NCBI RefSeq assembly: GCF_018350175.1
Contig: NC_058368.1
Span: 53,570,001-53,634,000, forward strand
Reading direction: 5' to 3'
DNA length: 64,000 nucleotides
DNA from: Felis catus
Taxonomy: Eukaryota
Position numbers and translations under genes: made by a program. The notes below the pieces were generated by a model, which searched no databases, had not been told where the DNA came from, and saw only the letters and a program-made list of their open reading frames with translations. Positions 62,090 through 64,000 of the stretch are shown one piece after another; the stretch's first letter is position 1; each line of letters begins with the position of its first letter.

Positions 62090-63290
62090 CTGGCCTCAGT
62101 GACCTTACTCTCTAGAGAGGGATGAACGGTAAACAAAATGTTAAAATACAGTGAAATTAGTAATGGGGTATTAGAAGGTGTTATGGGAGTATGGCAAAGA
62201 GAAGGTAAAACTCTGCTTTGAGTTTCAAGGACAATTTCACAGAAGAGGTAATATTTGAACTGGTATTTCAGGATGACTTGGAATCTCCAGGCCAAATAGG
62301 AGATGTACTCTAAATGGAGTAAAGAGTATGGACACTGGGATGGAAGTTTGAAGAAGCCTGTGTTCCAGTCTTATTTTCAACCCCTTGAAGGAAGAGAATA
62401 TGGATAAGGCTTCCATTGTTGGGGAAATAGGAGAAACATTGGAGGCTTAATTGTCCTGGGAAGTAGCAGGGAGAGTAGATGTTGGTGGATGGAGGGAATT
62501 GTCCTGAAAGACATCCGTGGGAATATAAAATTAAAGAATGAAGTCAAGTGGAGTCAGACTAGTATGAGGGGAAAATAGGATTATTCACATTCTGAATGTA
62601 AGTGTAAAACTAGACATTAACAGAAAGTAGATCAATGAAGTGGGCCCAGGATTCAGTAATGAACGGAGAGAAGTTGGGGTGATGGATGAAGAGTGAGGAG
62701 TAAGAGGCGGAGAATAAGGATACCAGTGGATAAAGCATGAGCATTTCAGAATAAGACAGTGAGAGCAAGAATCTGTTTTTTACTCATTCTCTACACAGGA
62801 AACCAGGCTATAGGTAGTTACGTAAGGGACCTGCATACTTGGAAGCTCTCGAGTACATTTTTGTACGGAAGAAGTTCTGAGAGCATGTGTTGGCTGGGAG
62901 GGGAAATGTGGCCAGAGAGGTAGACCATGATAAAACTGTGAAGTTCTTTTAGTCTGTGATAAGGAGTTTGAAATTTCTCTGTAGGTATTTAGAAGACACT
63001 GAAAGATTATGAGTAAAGAGATGTGCATTTAAGAAAATTTTCTGGAGGCTGTGTCCAGAATGAATTAGGGATCTAGGCAATGAAGTGGAATGTAAGGGCG
63101 TTAATTAGAATACTCCATCAATAATTATGATGTAGGATTATGAGGATGTGAAGGCAGTGGTAATAGGGGCAGTGGGAAAGAGAAGTACTTGAAAGATATT
63201 TAGGTACCAAAATAGACCTATTATATAAATGATCTTATGTAAAAGGGGAGAGAACCTGAAAGATTGACACTAATTTTCAGTGTTCAGCTT
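62090..63290 (-). mobile_element. Fragmentary L2-like sequence
   Basis: cagaagaggtaatatttgaactgg...; tttaagaaaattttctggaggctgtg...agaatgaattagg. Confidence 0.55.
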
Positions 63291-63294
63291 GAAA

Positions 63295-64000
63295 TCCATT
63301 TTAGTCAAAGTAGATTAACTGCTTGTAACAACTTCAAAATCTCAGTGTTGGGAACCTAATAAGGGTTTATGTTTTGCAATGCATTTTGGTAATGGTTGTG
63401 GTGTAACTGTTCCATACAGTCTACTTCCATTTCATGGCTGTACAATCCCCAAGGGCCTCAGAATCCTCCTCTGATCCTCTATCCAGCTTGAAACAGAAGG
63501 AGAGTGTGGAGGATCATGAGGAGATTTTTAGATTCTAGTAATGGAAATTGTATGTATCCCATTTCTGTCATACTTCATTGGTCCAAACAGATTCATATAG
63601 CCACACTTACTTGCAAAGGATCCTGTGGAACGTAGTCTCTTCGTGTCCAGGAGAAGAAAGTGAACTCTGCTGAAGATACCAGCACAATCTGCTTTTCTGA
63701 CTACCAGGTGTATTTTTTGCTATTCCTTTCTTGTATAGAAGACCTCCTTTTCGCAAGTGAGACAGCCTGAAGTCCCCTTATCCTGCTAAGTGCAGAATCT
63801 CCCAGATGATTTATAGTGAGAGATGTGACTCCTTATGGTTTGGCGACTTACGGTCTAAAGTAGCAAATATTCTACCCTCCGCCCCCTGAATGGTGTAACA
63901 GAGATTAAGTAAGCACCTTAAACACTCTCATTAATAAAGAGTCAAAATGGTTAACACACAGTCCCTGGTATACTGCAACTCTGAAATTCACTGAATAGAT
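63295..64000 (-). mobile_element. MLT1-type LTR plus adjoining internal sequence, running off the window
   Basis: gcttgtaacaacttcaaaatctcagtg...cattggtc...catatagccacacttacttgcaaagga...tgtccaggagaagaa. Confidence 0.7.

Noticed and set aside
1..64000. CRISPR array, operon or prokaryotic defence system
   Set aside because: The sequence is mammalian; all dispersed repeats are SINE, LINE, LTR or DNA transposon copies, with no regular repeat-spacer pattern.

Overview
Mammalian, AT-rich, repeat-dense genomic DNA. The many tRNA-derived CAN-SINEs of SINEC_Fc type point to a felid/feliform carnivore. I can support no intact protein-coding gene, rRNA, true tRNA or CRISPR array, and the supplied ORFs are mostly SINE/L1/LTR translations or chance frames. 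The window holds about 20 CAN-SINEs (most with target-site duplications, TSDs), L1 fragments of several ages including a likely twin-primed 5'-inverted copy, an ERV1-like solo LTR, a complete LTR-int-LTR MaLR, MIR/L2 relics, small DNA transposons and a 5'-truncated processed retrocopy. The most interesting unexplained structure is a series of about 12 minus-strand segments between 431 and 19,904, mostly bounded by AG/GT, partly phase-compatible and carrying stops and frameshifts. It may be a dead multi-exon (unitary) gene that I could not name; this is an inference needing cross-species alignment. A switch in L1/LTR orientation near 20-22 kb fits that idea. Repeat names come from recall of consensus sequences, and boundaries are approximate unless a TSD is given.
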